A stretch of DNA of 62,819 nt, counting the filler, from Sphacelaria rigidula (lineage: Eukaryota), in the NCBI GenBank assembly GCA_964200075.2. It is 8 parts of 8 records of this genome, joined end to end, with 100 filler letters (N's around TTAATTAATTAA, not from the genome) between each part and the next. Parts side by side here need not be neighbours in the genome. Positions count along the whole stretch, not along the records: positions 47,192 to 54,955 come from CAXNAA020013525.1; positions 55,056 to 62,819 come from CAXNAA020013526.1; 6 more parts are not named here. One strand, 5' to 3'. The notes beneath the pieces are model-generated. The model was given only the letters and a program-made list of their open reading frames with translations, ran no database searches and was not told where the DNA came from. Below are positions 49,267 to 61,830 of the stretch, piece by piece. The first letter of the stretch is position 1; each line of letters opens with the position of its first letter. Made by a program: the position numbers and the translations under genes.

Positions 49267-51197
49267 TGGACAAGGCGGAACAGGATAGCTGTGGCAAGTC
49301 GCTACGTCTCCTCGACGTCCGTCTCCGTGTTTATGAGTTGGACCGGGTGGCACTGGTGATGCAAACAGTTGCGAAAAATGCACGCCGCGAGGCCGAGGAT
49401 TCTGCGAGGAAGCTCAAGCACGCTCGACGCAACCTTGAAGTCGCAAAGGACGTTGAGCGGTGTGATGAAGAGCGACTGGGGAGACTCATGGTGCAGGTGG
49501 AGAACAGTCAAGAGGTCGGGCGTAGGGCTCCCCGCGGCGGTGAAGACATCGCGTCTCATGTTCCGCCGCCGACTGGAGAGAGTTCGCTACATGCAGCGGG
49601 AGCGGGAGAGATCACCACATCACCGCTGCCTGCAGAAGCAGGTAAGCGGAAGCGGGACACAATTTCCCCAGCCCCGTTGAAGGCTCAAAGAGATTGCAGC
49701 GGCTCATCGGCGGGCCTGGTAATGGAAGGCTCCCGTGAAGATGGCGGTGACAGTGGAGAGAGTGACCAGGGTGGAAGCATTACCGTCGAGAAGTCGCCCG
49801 AGGAGAAGATGATCCTGGTGGCAAGAAGAGTACTTGCCGCGGCACGCAGGAGCGCGAGGCGCATGAGGCTGGTGGAGGTTCGCCTCATGAAGACGGCGGC
49901 ACAGCTGGAAGCGGCTGCTGTCGAGGCCGAGAATGCCACCGATGAGGCCGACGTGACGCGTGCTCGGGTAAGACAAAGTGTTGACGTGAATATGACAGTC
50001 GTAGCGGTGGGAAGGGGGGTTGCACATGTTGAGATTTTTGTTTGCCCGAAAACAGGTAGTTGCTTGCCTCCCGAGCTTTGGCGTTGCAGTAGCTGTCCAA
50101 ATAATCGAGATGCGTGTGCGTTCCGCTGCCGAGTGGGTGTTTCGTAGCAGCCGTGGGAAATGCAAGCGTTGAAAAGATCATGTACGTATAGCTCAAGGCG
50201 ATTTTTTTTCTTTTTTGTTCCTGTTGTAATGAGCTGTGAGTAACTCAGGCGAAGGTAGCATCAGCGCATGTAGCGCTCCTCGGTCGCCACGAACAGAGCT
50301 GGTGTGTGTTGTGTCGCCCTGAGTGGAGAGTTGATCCAAAACGTTCACGTTGTGCAGGCTCTCCACCCCTTCCTTCCCCTGCCTCTCCCTGTTCGATCCC
50401 GTGACAAACGTCTCCCACTTGCGACTCCTAGGTCAAAGTTGAAGAGTTAGAGCCGGCCGAGCGTGCAGCCGCTGAGGCGAAGGCGCATCTCAGAAGATTT
50501 GAGATTGCCATAGAGAAGGAGGTGCGGAAGGTGACGCGAGCAGGTCCGCGCGAGTACAACTCGTTGATCGCACGTCCGAGAAGTTGGGTAAAGGGCGCCG
50601 GGCCGGTGGGGTTCCCGAGATTCCCTGCTCCCATCATGTCCCCGCAAGAAGCGTGCCTAGAGGAGATGCTGGCGGAGGAGGCGGCCGCCGCGAGGGAAGC
50701 GGCCGCAGAGAAGAGAAGGGTGGCCAACATGAAGGCACAAGCCACTCGGGCTCGTAACAGGGCGGAAAGAGAACGCCGACAGCGCTTGGAGAGGGAAGGA
50801 GGGGGAACTGCGGGCGACGGTGGCGGAGGTGGTAGTAGCAGTGGTGGTGGCAGCTCCGACGACGGGGGAGGCATAGGTGTTGATGAGGTCGTCCGGAGGG
50901 AAGGGAAGCGAGTGGTGAGACCCACTGCCGCTCAACAGGAGTATATGGCGCAGAAACGTGAGTGTTTGCTCTCGCTGGGGAGAGCGGAGCGCCGTTGTCC
51001 AAGGGCAGACTTGTGCCCCTCAATGTCGGTGGCGGGTGCTCAAGTTACGATGAACAGTTGAAGAGATGGCCCTCCAACAGATGTACAGGGACCAGGCGAA
51101 TCCCATTGTGTGCGTGTGTGTCGCTGGTTGTAGCTTCCTGATCTTTGCGCTTCCGCTTCACGCTCATCACTTTCCACCTTCCACGCGAATGACACAC

Positions 51198-51250
<53 letters not shown>

Positions 51251-51420
51251 TTGGTGATACTACAGGAGGGATTGATCTTACACGTGTGATGCAGATGTAT
51301 CAGCCACTCAACCAACCCTGATCAATAACTAAAGCGTGGATTGTATATGCTCATGACTTGCTCTCTCTGTCCCCGGCTGCTACTTCCTGTCGGTGCTATG
51401 TGCCAGGCCTTCGACTTTGA
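49267..51420 (+). CDS. Spliced coiled-coil/low-complexity protein of unknown function; exons ~49267-49967, 50432-50957 and 51407-51420
   Basis: CGG|GTAAGA, CTCCTAG|GTC, AAAC|GTGAGT and GCCAG|GC join in frame; Glu/Ala/Arg-rich helical composition. Start codon uncertain (an out-of-frame ATG lies at ~49183). Confidence 0.6.
51192..51247. repeat. (CA)n microsatellite, intronic
   Basis: Read directly from the sequence. Confidence 0.95.
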
Positions 51421-52869
51421 GACCACAACTCTGACAGCAAGCACGTCATCGGTGTGCTTTTCCTGCTGCTTGCTGGAGGAGGTGTGCGAGCTAGAAACTT
51501 CCGAGGAAGCTCTGTCGTGAGCGGTCTCCCCCGTTCATGGTGTTGGCGGTATGGTTGGAATGGTCCGACGCCTTTTTATGCACACCCTGGGCAAACGATT
51601 ATATTGTACAAATATGTACTGCGTACATTATGGAATCTATTATCTGTCGCAATAGGCGCACCAGTCCATACTGTACGCAGTACATTTTTTTTACCGTGTA
51701 TTCGATTGTCCGGGTGCGCTTTTATGCGTTTCGGCATGTGCTGATGGTATCCGTGCCCACCGCGTATGGCCGATATATTTAATCACGTACCCAATAGGTT
51801 CGGAGCTTGGCGTTGGTATTTCGGGCTCTGCATCCTTGTGTGCTCGTTCTCATTGTTGTTACGGAATCGATGTCAGGCTTCCATGGATGTAGAAGGCTGC
51901 GGATTTATCTGTCCCGCAATGACATTGTACGGAGATACGTGGGGAATGGAAATGAATTCCGTTCGGTTACCGTCTGAAGTCGCAGTAACAGAGATGCGGG
52001 GTAAGAGGCAAGTGCTGTCTACCTCGCTTTCACAGCGGACTTCGGCTTGCATCCTCACTCGTATCTTGGATCATGTGTCTTGTGTCGCGTCTGTATATTA
52101 CTTGTTAGGGATGAGGAGTCAGTCAGAAAGTGACCTCAGAACAAAGGCCACAAGTCGGGCGGAACGGAAGAATATATCCCGGTTTCATTGGTATACAGTA
52201 ACGGCGATGTATACACGGATCGGATGAAGACGATAATACGTGCGATACCCTGCTAGTGTAGTCGTAGTTGTTTGTTTTGGTGTAAAATTTTCACTATAGA
52301 CGTGTATTTATGCATACATGCTTCCTTCGTGCAATACGAGATGCAAAGGCGTTGAGGTCTTTGTTCGACAAGATTGCTCTTAGACTTGGCCGTTTCTGTT
52401 TTGCGTGTACCCTTACTGCAATCCGACAAGCCCACTGGCCGCGTGAGCGACTATAAAATCAGTGAGCAGTACAAGCAATGAGCCAATTATAGCACTCTGG
52501 GAGTTGCGATAGCACATGATGGCGCTTTTCATAATGGTGGCGTGATTTTAGGTCCCCAACAACCCATGATGGTGTATCATGCTCTTGTTTGTTTGATCGT
52601 CTTTTCACCGCTCGACCCGCAGATTTGGTGTTAATTTCGTAGCACTTGCGTGTCTTTGCGTCGTTCGTGCAAACGGGGGCTTGGCGGGCTGCAGTGAAAT
52701 TGATGCAAAGGGTCGCGAAATGAAGCAAAAAAAATAGAAAGTGGATACTTGTATTCTGCACGCAAAGTTGAACACCACTACTTGTTGGACGATGAAGATA
52801 CATGGGTGTATGTCCACAGGGCTTCATTCGGAAAGGGAGCATCCGAGATCGGTGGTGGTGGACTTGTAT

Positions 52870-53315
52870 ATCGGTGTGTGTGTGATATGTTGGTGTGTGG
52901 TGTGTTGTGTGTACTGTGTTTGATGTGGTGTGTGTACTGTGTATAGTGTAGTGTGCGTTGTCTGAGTTGTCTGAGTTGTCTGTGCTGTCTATGTTGTCTG
53001 TGCTGTCTGTGCTGTCTGTGCTGTCTGTCCTGTCTGTGCTGTCCGTGTTGTGTGTTCTCCTGTTGACCGCTGCTGTCGGGGATCACTTCCGACACTTGCC
53101 GACGAGACTATTGAGTCAATAGCAGGCGGACGAGATCAGTCACTTGCATGCGTGCCAGCACGTGATCCGTATAAACTACGGCGGTTGGGGGCCGGTCCAG
53201 TGTGTGTGGTGTGTGTAGTACTGACTTGTGCGGCGGTGCGTGCATGGCCTTGACTTTGGGTTCGGTCATAAGTTCATTAAGTGAGTGAGTCTTGTACTTG
53301 CCATTGCCATTGCCG

Positions 53316-53350
<35 letters not shown>

Positions 53351-53370
53351 GCGGTGGTGGTGGTGGTGAT
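52870..53370. repeat. Compound simple repeats: (GT)-rich, 9-bp CTGTGCTGT array, (GTT)n and (GGT)n
   Basis: Read directly; 9-mer array ~52957-53048, triplet arrays ~53315-53368. Confidence 0.85.
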
Positions 53371-53473
53371 GATCGTCTTTTGTTGCACATGTGGTTGCTG
53401 CTGTTGTCGTCATCATATAGCTGCACCGCCCCACCGTAAATGTTCACTTCAGTCGGCGATCGGCATCTTTAAG

Positions 53474-54470
53474 TTAGTGCCGGTTGCTCCAGCTTGAGGA
53501 AACATGCCTGAAAATACATGTGACCCATGTACAAACTGGAATACGGGTGGCAGCGGCGTACTTCCTTACCAAAGACTGAGTGGTGCGAGAGTGGGTGGTA
53601 CCGTACCGATCGTCGTGTTGATTTGCTCCGAATATCATATACATAGCCGTCTTCATTGTCGATGTGTCCATCAATTTCTGCTGGAAGGATATTCGGAGGC
53701 GGCGAATTGTCAAGGGCGACATACGCTCAACGCCACGGGGCCGCGAAGTTTGCGTGTATGATCATATCGAGGAGCGCACTTCGATAAGAGGGGGGAGGGA
53801 AGGAGTGGGGGTGGCTATTTCACACATGACATTAACACTTGAAGGAACACAGGATCGAAAAAGAAGTTTCACGTAGGAGAAGAACGTCATTTATACAGAG
53901 GGGTGGGCGAGGTGATGAATGAAGTGGGTTTGTGGGAGAGATTCGTGTTTGCTACATGAAAGAATATGTTGCTCTTCTGGTGTTTGGCTATTCTTTTCTT
54001 CTTGAACTTTTTTCTGTTACCTTGTACGTGCAAACACCGCCCGCTACTTGGTCAGCTACTGGATCTTTGCCCTGCAGTTCATGGGAGAAGAAGACGGAGC
54101 TTCTGACGCAGTATTTACTGTATAACCTGCGGTACTGTAGAGTATAATGTATCGGTGAATGTTGACAGTATTTCTATGTGTTTCATGTTTTTTTTTGGCT
54201 TGCTTGTTGTTGTTCTGCACTACCAGTCTGCCATGTGACTACTGTATTGCAAGCCCAAAAATATGCAGTGATCAGTTTCCGTTGTACGGAAGGGATGAAG
54301 GGAAATAGTTGGATGCACTTGGTAGTGTGGTACACATGAGCACGTCAGCTTTTGCTCGCACAACCTCCGGCACGGTACCATGGCTTGATCACTCCCCTCC
54401 CCCACGAGACAGACTGCGATTTCAGTCCTGGTTCATCTTACTCCTCTCATCTCTACCTACCCCATACGCT
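53474..54470 (-). pseudogene. Decayed spliced gene remnant (three exon-like blocks)
   Basis: AG/GT-bounded blocks ~54468-54225, ~54072-54021 and ~53778-53474. The last reads ALLDMIIHANFAAPWR*AYVALDN...DGHIDNEDG...FLKLEQPALT*. Confidence 0.3.
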
Positions 54471-54834
54471 GATATGGAGAAAACGCGGTGGGGGTGCACG
54501 GTGTAGCATTTGTTGTGGACACGGGTATGGAACAGCGCGCACATGTTTGTACTGTGCCACACTGTACTGTACTGTGTGCTGTAGAGGGTTGAGGGTAGGG
54601 ACTGTACTTTAGGGCGAGAGGGGTGTGGGAAGGCGTCAATAGTCAGTGGTTGCGGTACCAAAGATGGTGGCAGCCGAGGTTTTTCTTGAGAACTGCGATG
54701 TCAGTCGTGCTTCGAATTTTGTTATGGATGTTTGTGTCATATTTGTACGAGCACGTGTGTGCAAACTGTCCCATTATCAATAATATAATGCTGTGGTATT
54801 TCCGTGGCGATTCGCCTTGTTGTACAGTACTGTA

Positions 54835-54916
54835 GGGAGGGAGGGGGGTGTACTCATGATCATGCATGCCATAGTCATCAGACCATTGAAGGGAGGGAGG
54901 GGGGGGGGGGGGGGGG
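54835..54916 (-). mobile_element. C-tailed retroposon 3' tail fragment between G-rich tracts
   Basis: GGGAGGGAGGGGGGTGTACTCATGATCATGCATGCCATAGTCATCAGACCATTGA. Confidence 0.7.
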
Positions 54917-54955
54917 CCCCTTTTTTTTTTTTTTTTTTTTGCCCTTGGGGGTCGG

Positions 54956-55055
54956 NNNNNNNNNNNNNNNNNNNNNNNNNNNNNNNNNNNNNNNNNNNNT
55001 TAATTAATTAANNNNNNNNNNNNNNNNNNNNNNNNNNNNNNNNNNNNNNNNNNNN
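54956..55055. other. Artificial contig spacer
   Basis: N44-TTAATTAATTAA-N44. Confidence 0.98.
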
Positions 55056-55228
55056 TATTCTCCGTGGTCTAACGGTACGTGCAAACGCATGGTCAATGAA
55101 GTAGTTCGTGCTCTTCGCTCTGTTCTTCTCGAGCAGCGTAGAGCGGTTCCCGAGTGGGGGGGCGTGTTGCCGCCGGTGCAATGGGCGCTCAATACAGTGT
55201 ATCGACGTCGTTATGATCGTACGCCGAT
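55056..55228 (+). pseudogene. Ty3/gypsy-type integrase core fragment from a separate element
   Basis: YSPWSNGTCKRMVNEVVRALR...W...LPPVQWALNT...TP matches the end of a retroelement integrase (rve) core. Confidence 0.75.
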
Positions 55229-55849
55229 AGTGGGATTCAGTTGTGACTTGCTCAATCGTTTTGGCGTTAGTTTTCTGAGTGTCAAGCTTGTTGCTCGATT
55301 CTCGCCCAACGCGCTTTGGGGGTGCTGTGGCGAAATTACGCCGTCACGTTGAGTATTTAGTGGATACTGGAGGATGACCAGGGGACAAGCGCATCCTGTG
55401 AATGATGACCCTTGCTGTGTAGCCCAGGCCTGACGGGACGGGGCAGCCCGTTTACTCCGGGAATAATGAAGGTGTTGTGAAGGCTGACAACTGAGACCTT
55501 GAGGTCAGTGGAACTGGGGAGTTCCTCTACAGCATTAGATGCTGCAGTACTAGCGACCTGCTGGCGTCACGAAAAACTGGGGTCGTACTGTGGTGATTTT
55601 AGTTACTGCATCACGATGTTGTTCCCTAATTGAAGTATCCCTTCGGGCACGAGCGCCCTTGCTTCTTTCTCGTGACACACTACTGCCCTGAATTTCAAGT
55701 CAGGACACTCGTGGGACCTACCACACCTATATTCCTTCTGTCCTTCAGCTACTTGCGCTTATAGATCGCGCCAAATAGTCCTAATAATTGTTCTAAAATA
55801 GTCAGAACCGTAGGTTCAACCCCGCCGACACCCCCCCCCCTCCCCAATT

Positions 55850-58800
55850 ATGTCGCAACCCATCAGCCCTGTTTCCTCCTCCGGCTCAGGAGGCACACGG
55901 TCCCGCCGTACACGAAGCCGAACTATTAACCGTTCCCGTCACATCGGCAAAAGCGGTGTTTCACCTACAGCTCTACGATAACAACCTATCAGCGCTGCTA
56001 TATCTACGGGACTTGGAAGGCCAGCAGCCTGCAATGTCAAGACAGTCTCACGATGTAACATTCCGTGTCGGCTCGACATCAGGCGCTACTCTATCTGCGG
56101 GACTTGAAGACCGTCAGACTGCAAAGTCAAAAGTGCCTCACGACGTACTATTCCGTGGATGCTCGACAGCAGTTGCGGCTGCAACGCCCATGTCCCACGA
56201 TGTAACATCCCGTGGCGATTCGATACCGGCTCGTGCCGAAGCACCCCCCTCACCGAGGAATGCTTCCACGGATGCCGTTGTGGGACCCGCGGCTAGGATG
56301 TCGCCCTCAGTTGAGCCCATAGCGGTGGGTTCTTCCATGGCGCCTAGTTCGGAGACGATCAACCTTCCGCCGTCCCAGCCGAAGTGGCATGCTTCCACCG
56401 TTCGAAATACTGCCACGGGTGTTGCTTCAGTTGGAAGTTCTCACTCCACGACCTCTGGTAGTCCAACGCACCGCACTCCGTCATCTGGGTCCGGAACCAT
56501 GGTCGAGGCCATGATTTTGGCACTTCAGAACTCGACCAAGGCTTCACCTGGTTCCGCGATCCTGGTACAAATCTTGTCATGGCACTCAAGACGTTCTACG
56601 ATGCCACGCTTCATTCTCAGGCACGCCCCTCTTACGCGCAAATTGTCCGCGGGACTCAAACTACAGAAATTACCGCCGCACGTAATGACCCCCCAGTCGC
56701 CACTGCACGATCTGTACAACCCCTGAGAAAAAGCCAGGATAGAGATATCATCGGACCCAGCTCCCTCGACCGAGAAGCTAGCGATATTTCTTCTTATGAA
56801 CCCCGGCGTCATCATAGACGAGCTCGAGCTAACCGCGATGCCCCGTCCCGCTCCGCTTCTGATGCCACCACTACCCGTTTGCTCCAACGACAGATTTCAG
56901 ATCTGCAACGTTTCATCAAGCAAACTATGGACTCGTCTAAGACTTCGGCCACCACTTCTTCGGCCACGACTGCGGCTACAACGGCGAACACCGCGGCCCC
57001 TGCCAAAACCACAGCGGCTCCGGCCACTCTAACTGCCACCCCGAGCGCCACTGCGGCACCTTCTGCCGCTGTGACGGCCGCTCCAGCCGCGGCCCATGCA
57101 GCCGTTAGAAGCGCTCCTTCCAATGACAGGTCTCTGACCAATGTTACTGCCGCCCCAGCCGCCGCCACTGCCACCGTTGTGGGTGCCCCTACGACAGACA
57201 GGTCCCCGGGCAAGCCGCACCCTCAGACGCAGCTAACAGCGGAATTCTTCCCCACGGGCTACCTTGTGTGTCTCTTCTTGGAACATGATCGAGATACGCA
57301 GAACAACATCATCGCTCGATACCGAGCCGCTACCCCGGTGCCGGTCCTGCCGGCCACAACTCCGGTGCCGACACCTACGGCGACCACCCCGGCGCCGACA
57401 TTTGAGGACATGCCAAATGACCGCGCTGCCGATGAGAACGCGATTCGCCTCCTCCGTGAGGAACTTTTCACACGGCAGGCTAAGCTGCAGCGCAGTGTCA
57501 GCACCGCCACCGCCGCCCACTCCGCTGCCCTTGGGTCTCACGTGGAACACCAATCGGTCATGGCAGCCAGTCAATGCAAGGCTGCGGAGTTGACGGCTCA
57601 TATTAATCGGACCGCTGAGCACGCTGCGTCCGCGGCAACTTTGCTGACCGACCATCAGGCCGCTCGGGCCCGCTCAACGTCGTTACACGCTCCGCAGCTC
57701 CCTCAGTGATCCCCCGCAGCTTCTCCACCATCGGGCTCGGTCTCCTCGCCACCTGCGGGGTATCGCATACCCCGTAACATGGAAGCCGCCATTCCCGACA
57801 TAACGACCGAGGATGGACCCCGTCTTGTCCTCTCCCCTCACGAGGTCACTTGGCTCATGCATATCGTACAGGACTTCTCCATCGACTTTTCGGTGGACAA
57901 TCCCCCTGCAAACTTCCAGGGCTACTTGGATTGCTGCCCACCATAGGGTTCTTGTTGCCTTGGATGTACACCTTGACCAAGGCGCACAAGTCTCGGTCGC
58001 AGACCCGTACTCCCTGACGCTAGCCCAGCTTGTGGCGCATGCTCAAACTGGCTCCGATGATGGTGCCAGTGCCTATAACAGGGCCGCCCATAGCCTTTTG
58101 CAGGCCTAACGGAACGCGTTTTAGTCGGGCACCTCCGCCGCCGCCGACAACAGCAATGACGATGACGAGCCCCTGAACCAGACACAATTTCGCGCAAAAC
58201 GTGCACCCCTACAGTAGCATTGCTCCGCTGATCTTCTTTCCCGACTACCCCTGCCGCCTACGACCGCAGATTTCAGCCCGGTTTGCCGTTTAACGGACCC
58301 CGATAAACCTGAGATTTACCCTGTTGGGCGAATTTCAACGCCCATTGATGTCCTTGACCTTCAGTGCCCACAGACTGGTATGGACATGGGAGGACTTCGC
58401 CCTTTACCGTATGACGCCGTCTTGGGTGGATTAAAAAAAACCACTCCCTCCGATTTTACCGATTTCCGCGCTTCTGGTACTCGCGCGAACCATTTCACGG
58501 AGACACCTTCGGTCATCCACCTAATCTCCGATGACACACGCTCCCGGTCTGCCGCCCGCACCACGCCCCCGAGTGCCCCGCCGCCACCGATAACATCTAC
58601 AAATCCCACGAGCCACACAGCACCGGTCCAACGGACCAGTAAGCAACGCTCCGCGAAAAATACCAACATCCACCACGCGCCGCGGAAAATCTTCGCCGCG
58701 CACTGCTACGACCCCGACGCTCATAACGGCGCCACCTACATCTGCCGCTCCCGAGCATGGAGCCGAGGATTCAGCTCCTGCTCCCGGGGCAGATATTGAC

Positions 58801-61800
58801 GTCGGCATTTCTGCCCCGTCGCCTATTCCCCCGCTGCCAACCCCACCATGTTTGGTCGGCTCTCCAGCAGAAGGTCAACTACGCGAGTTTCTCGCCAGCT
58901 ACTCTTACCGTGATTGGGCCCGCCAACAAAACGCGGAACCTTTGTGTCGCGCAGCCATCCAGTACTTGCAGCTTGACTGCCCAGTCCCTTTTCCATCCGC
59001 CATTCTGGCCCCGGTTGGCACACTGCCACCCCCAGATATTTCTGACGTATACGAACTCGTGCGCAAAGGCACCATTTTTAAGACGAATGAAGGCATAAAA
59101 TTACTCGTGCGCCGACCCACGCCTTTGACGGGCGCACTTTCCGTCGCAACCACGGGACGTCACGCACGACTACTCAATGACGAACCAACGCGCATATATG
59201 TCTCCTTATTAATGCGTCCCTGGGTCATGAAAGGCTGCCACACGGACTTGTCATGTCACCTTGGCGTCACTCGCACCTTAGCGCTCCTGGAACGCTTCTA
59301 CTGGTGGATTGGTATGGAAATTTCCACCCACTTCTAGAATCGGCGATGCCTCAAATGCCAAGCTCGGAAAACTTTACGACAAACAGTACGCTGGCCCGTC
59401 ATCTCTATAGCACTCCCCAACGCCCCGGGCCACCTTGTGTCCTTTGACTACTTTGGCCATCTACCAAACACAGGTCGCGGCAACACTTACATGTTACTCT
59501 TCACTGACCGCTTGAGCCGCCACGCGTCCATGTACGCGGTAACCGTTGCAGATTTCACTGCCGTCGGAACGACCGATATATTGGCCCACGACTACATTAA
59601 GTACTACGGTTGTCCGGAACGACTCCTTTCAGACAATGGTCAGCAATTTTGCTCAGATCTCTCTGATGAGCTTTACAAGCTCCTGGGCATCCGCAAAATT
59701 GCCACGAGCGCCTACCACCCTCATGGTAACGGTGGTACCGAAAGAGTTAATCACACCATGGCTCAGATGCTCTCTATGGCCGTCGATGACCGTCAAAATG
59801 ACTAGGACCTACACCTCTCGCGCATCATGTTGTCCTACAACAACTCGGTTAACGCCGCCACAGGCCTTTCCCCGAACGAACTCTATCTCGGATGCTACCG
59901 TTGGCTGCTCATCACCGTGTTTGAGCGACACACGTTCGACGACCACCAAGGATTGGATCAGGGCCAGATATCCTATCACGAGCTAGAGCATCCACGACAA
60001 CGCAAAGCGTTTACCCTCGTGCGTGAACAACATGCTATCAATGCCTCGCGCCTTGAGAGATCTAACACTGCTCTATACAACCTCATGCACAAACGCCCCA
60101 ACTGGAAAGTTGGTGATTGGGTTTGGATCTACAACAGTAGTTTGTCGACCATCCGCCAAGGCACCAGCGAGGCAGCCAACGAAACAATTTCAAGGGTCGG
60201 ACAAATAATGAGTCGTCTGGAAATTTCTTGGTTTTGGTATAATTGATTCGAATCGTACGAATCGATCCCCAGGCTTTATTTTCAGCGTTGCAACCCAGGT
60301 GTACGCAGCCCAGACACGTGGAATGGCGCAAAAGTTGCGTGGAAATCCCTTGGACCAGCGGTCAACGTTTTTCTCCCTTTTGGGCAATCAGACCGAAGAA
60401 ATAATGGATTTGGTGATTCGTAGTCGTGATGATTCGTCCTAACCATGAACAATTATGAAGACGAAATTGTTCCTGAATTGGACAGGGTCATTCAAGATCC
60501 TGAGAGTCAGACCATCGCCACCATCACCGGATGATAAACCCGTTGGTGCCGAACTGCCCTATCTCGACCTGCCTCGCGACCTCCAGGGCAAGGACACCAA
60601 ACCTCGCGTCTCCGTGCACATGCGAACCCTGCACGAACCCGCATGATACAAGTGACTGCCGGGCTTACACAGTACGTTCTGAACAGCTACTCGATCAAGT
60701 CCCCGCCCTATCATGTTACCACCGACGACGTGACGGAACAGCCCCTCCGATTGACCGTGTCCAATATCTCCGGCCACCAGATAATCCGTGGTCGAAGTGG
60801 CAAAACTGCTGTCATGTATACGGTCCACTGGCACGGTCTTCGGAAAGCGTCTTGGGAACGTGAATCCGACCTTCAATTGCACCGCCGTGCAATAATCCTC
60901 CTGTGTCGGGCGCAATCCCAACATCAGCATCTTGCTCACAACAAGAAATATCGCAACATGCATCGTGGTGCAGCAGCCCGCGAACTTCACCGCAATCAGG
61001 GACTACGCTTTGTCGCCGATGGCTACGAACTTATACCCACCAAGACTTGTGAAGCGACGTTCTTCGCAAACCAGCGAATACTGCCAAAGGGAAGCTATCT
61101 TTGGTGTAAAGGCAGCGACAACCTCTGGTGGTTGGGTCAGACCCACTCCATTAACCTGGGTTCGGCCATTACATGCATCATGCGCTTCATCGATGACCTT
61201 GGACCCATCCAGCTCAAGCTTCGGCCAGCACGATAGACCACCAGCCCATCTGCCCCACGCGGATCCTGGTGTCTTCAGCGGCTCAAGTCAAAAGGACTTC
61301 GCCGCGGTACCCAGCGCAACATCGACCACACGCCCGACGTCCACGCACCGCTTTGAACCTTGCTCCTTCACTGCAACCTTCCTTCCCTTCTTCAGTATTT
61401 TTCCCTTCCTTCGTCGCTAGGAGCCGGCTCCACGGCATCCACAACAGGACTACTCACATCGAACGACGATCGGAGACCACTTGGAGCCACCCACCATCTA
61501 CGACTACTGGAGCTCTAGTACTCCTCTTTTTGCTGACACTCGATCTCGTTAGATCACCGACCTTCAGATTTTGAATCTTGCTCCCGACCAGCATGCGTTG
61601 GTCGCTACTGATCTTGCCGTTTTCTCTTTGGAATCCCCCAGGTAGAAGCTCTGCTCCCTGTTGTACCTCCCTGGTTTTCCCCTTCGTTTTGCTAGAACGC
61701 CGAAGTAATTTGTGCTTCTTCGTTGATCATAAGCACGCAGAAGCAGTTTGTGCTCCCGAGTTTCGAAGCAGTTTTTTCTGCTCCTCGAAGCAGTATATGC

Positions 61801-61830
61801 TTCCCTTATTTTGAGGTGTGAGAGGGGGTA
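55850..61830 (+). mobile_element. pol: Decayed Ty3/gypsy retrotransposon: gag-like region, protease/RT deleted, RNase H end, and integrase with GPY/F motif, chromodomain and extra C-terminal domain
   Basis: ADLLSRLP (58227); H...HLGVTRT...FYWW...CLKCQ zinc finger; FDYFG/FTDRLS/LSDNGQQF/YHPHGNGGTER DDE core; KL..NWTGSF; YTVHWHG...SWERESDL; purine tract GAGAGGGGG near 61820. Confidence 0.9.
60191..60447. mobile_element. 257-bp hAT-type MITE inserted in the gypsy integrase
   Basis: AACAATTT|CAAGGGTCGG ... TCCTAACCATG|AACAATTA. Removing it restores the frame EAANETIMKTKLFLNWTG. Confidence 0.88.

Noticed and set aside
52778-53497. ORFs with (RQH)n, poly-N/H and poly-V tracts
   Set aside because: Translations of microsatellites.
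53474-53722. Tyrosine-recombinase-like reading (IRRLRIS...Y) in the ORF track
   Set aside because: Lacks the catalytic His, and another frame with splice-site support looks more protein-like.
4530-54916. All C-tailed retroposon copies lie on the minus strand
   Set aside because: Only five independently oriented contigs are involved, which is compatible with chance.
55230-55679. Candidate 5' LTR of the gypsy element
   Set aside because: No matching copy after the purine tract near 61820; at most an unrelated LTR fragment in reverse orientation.
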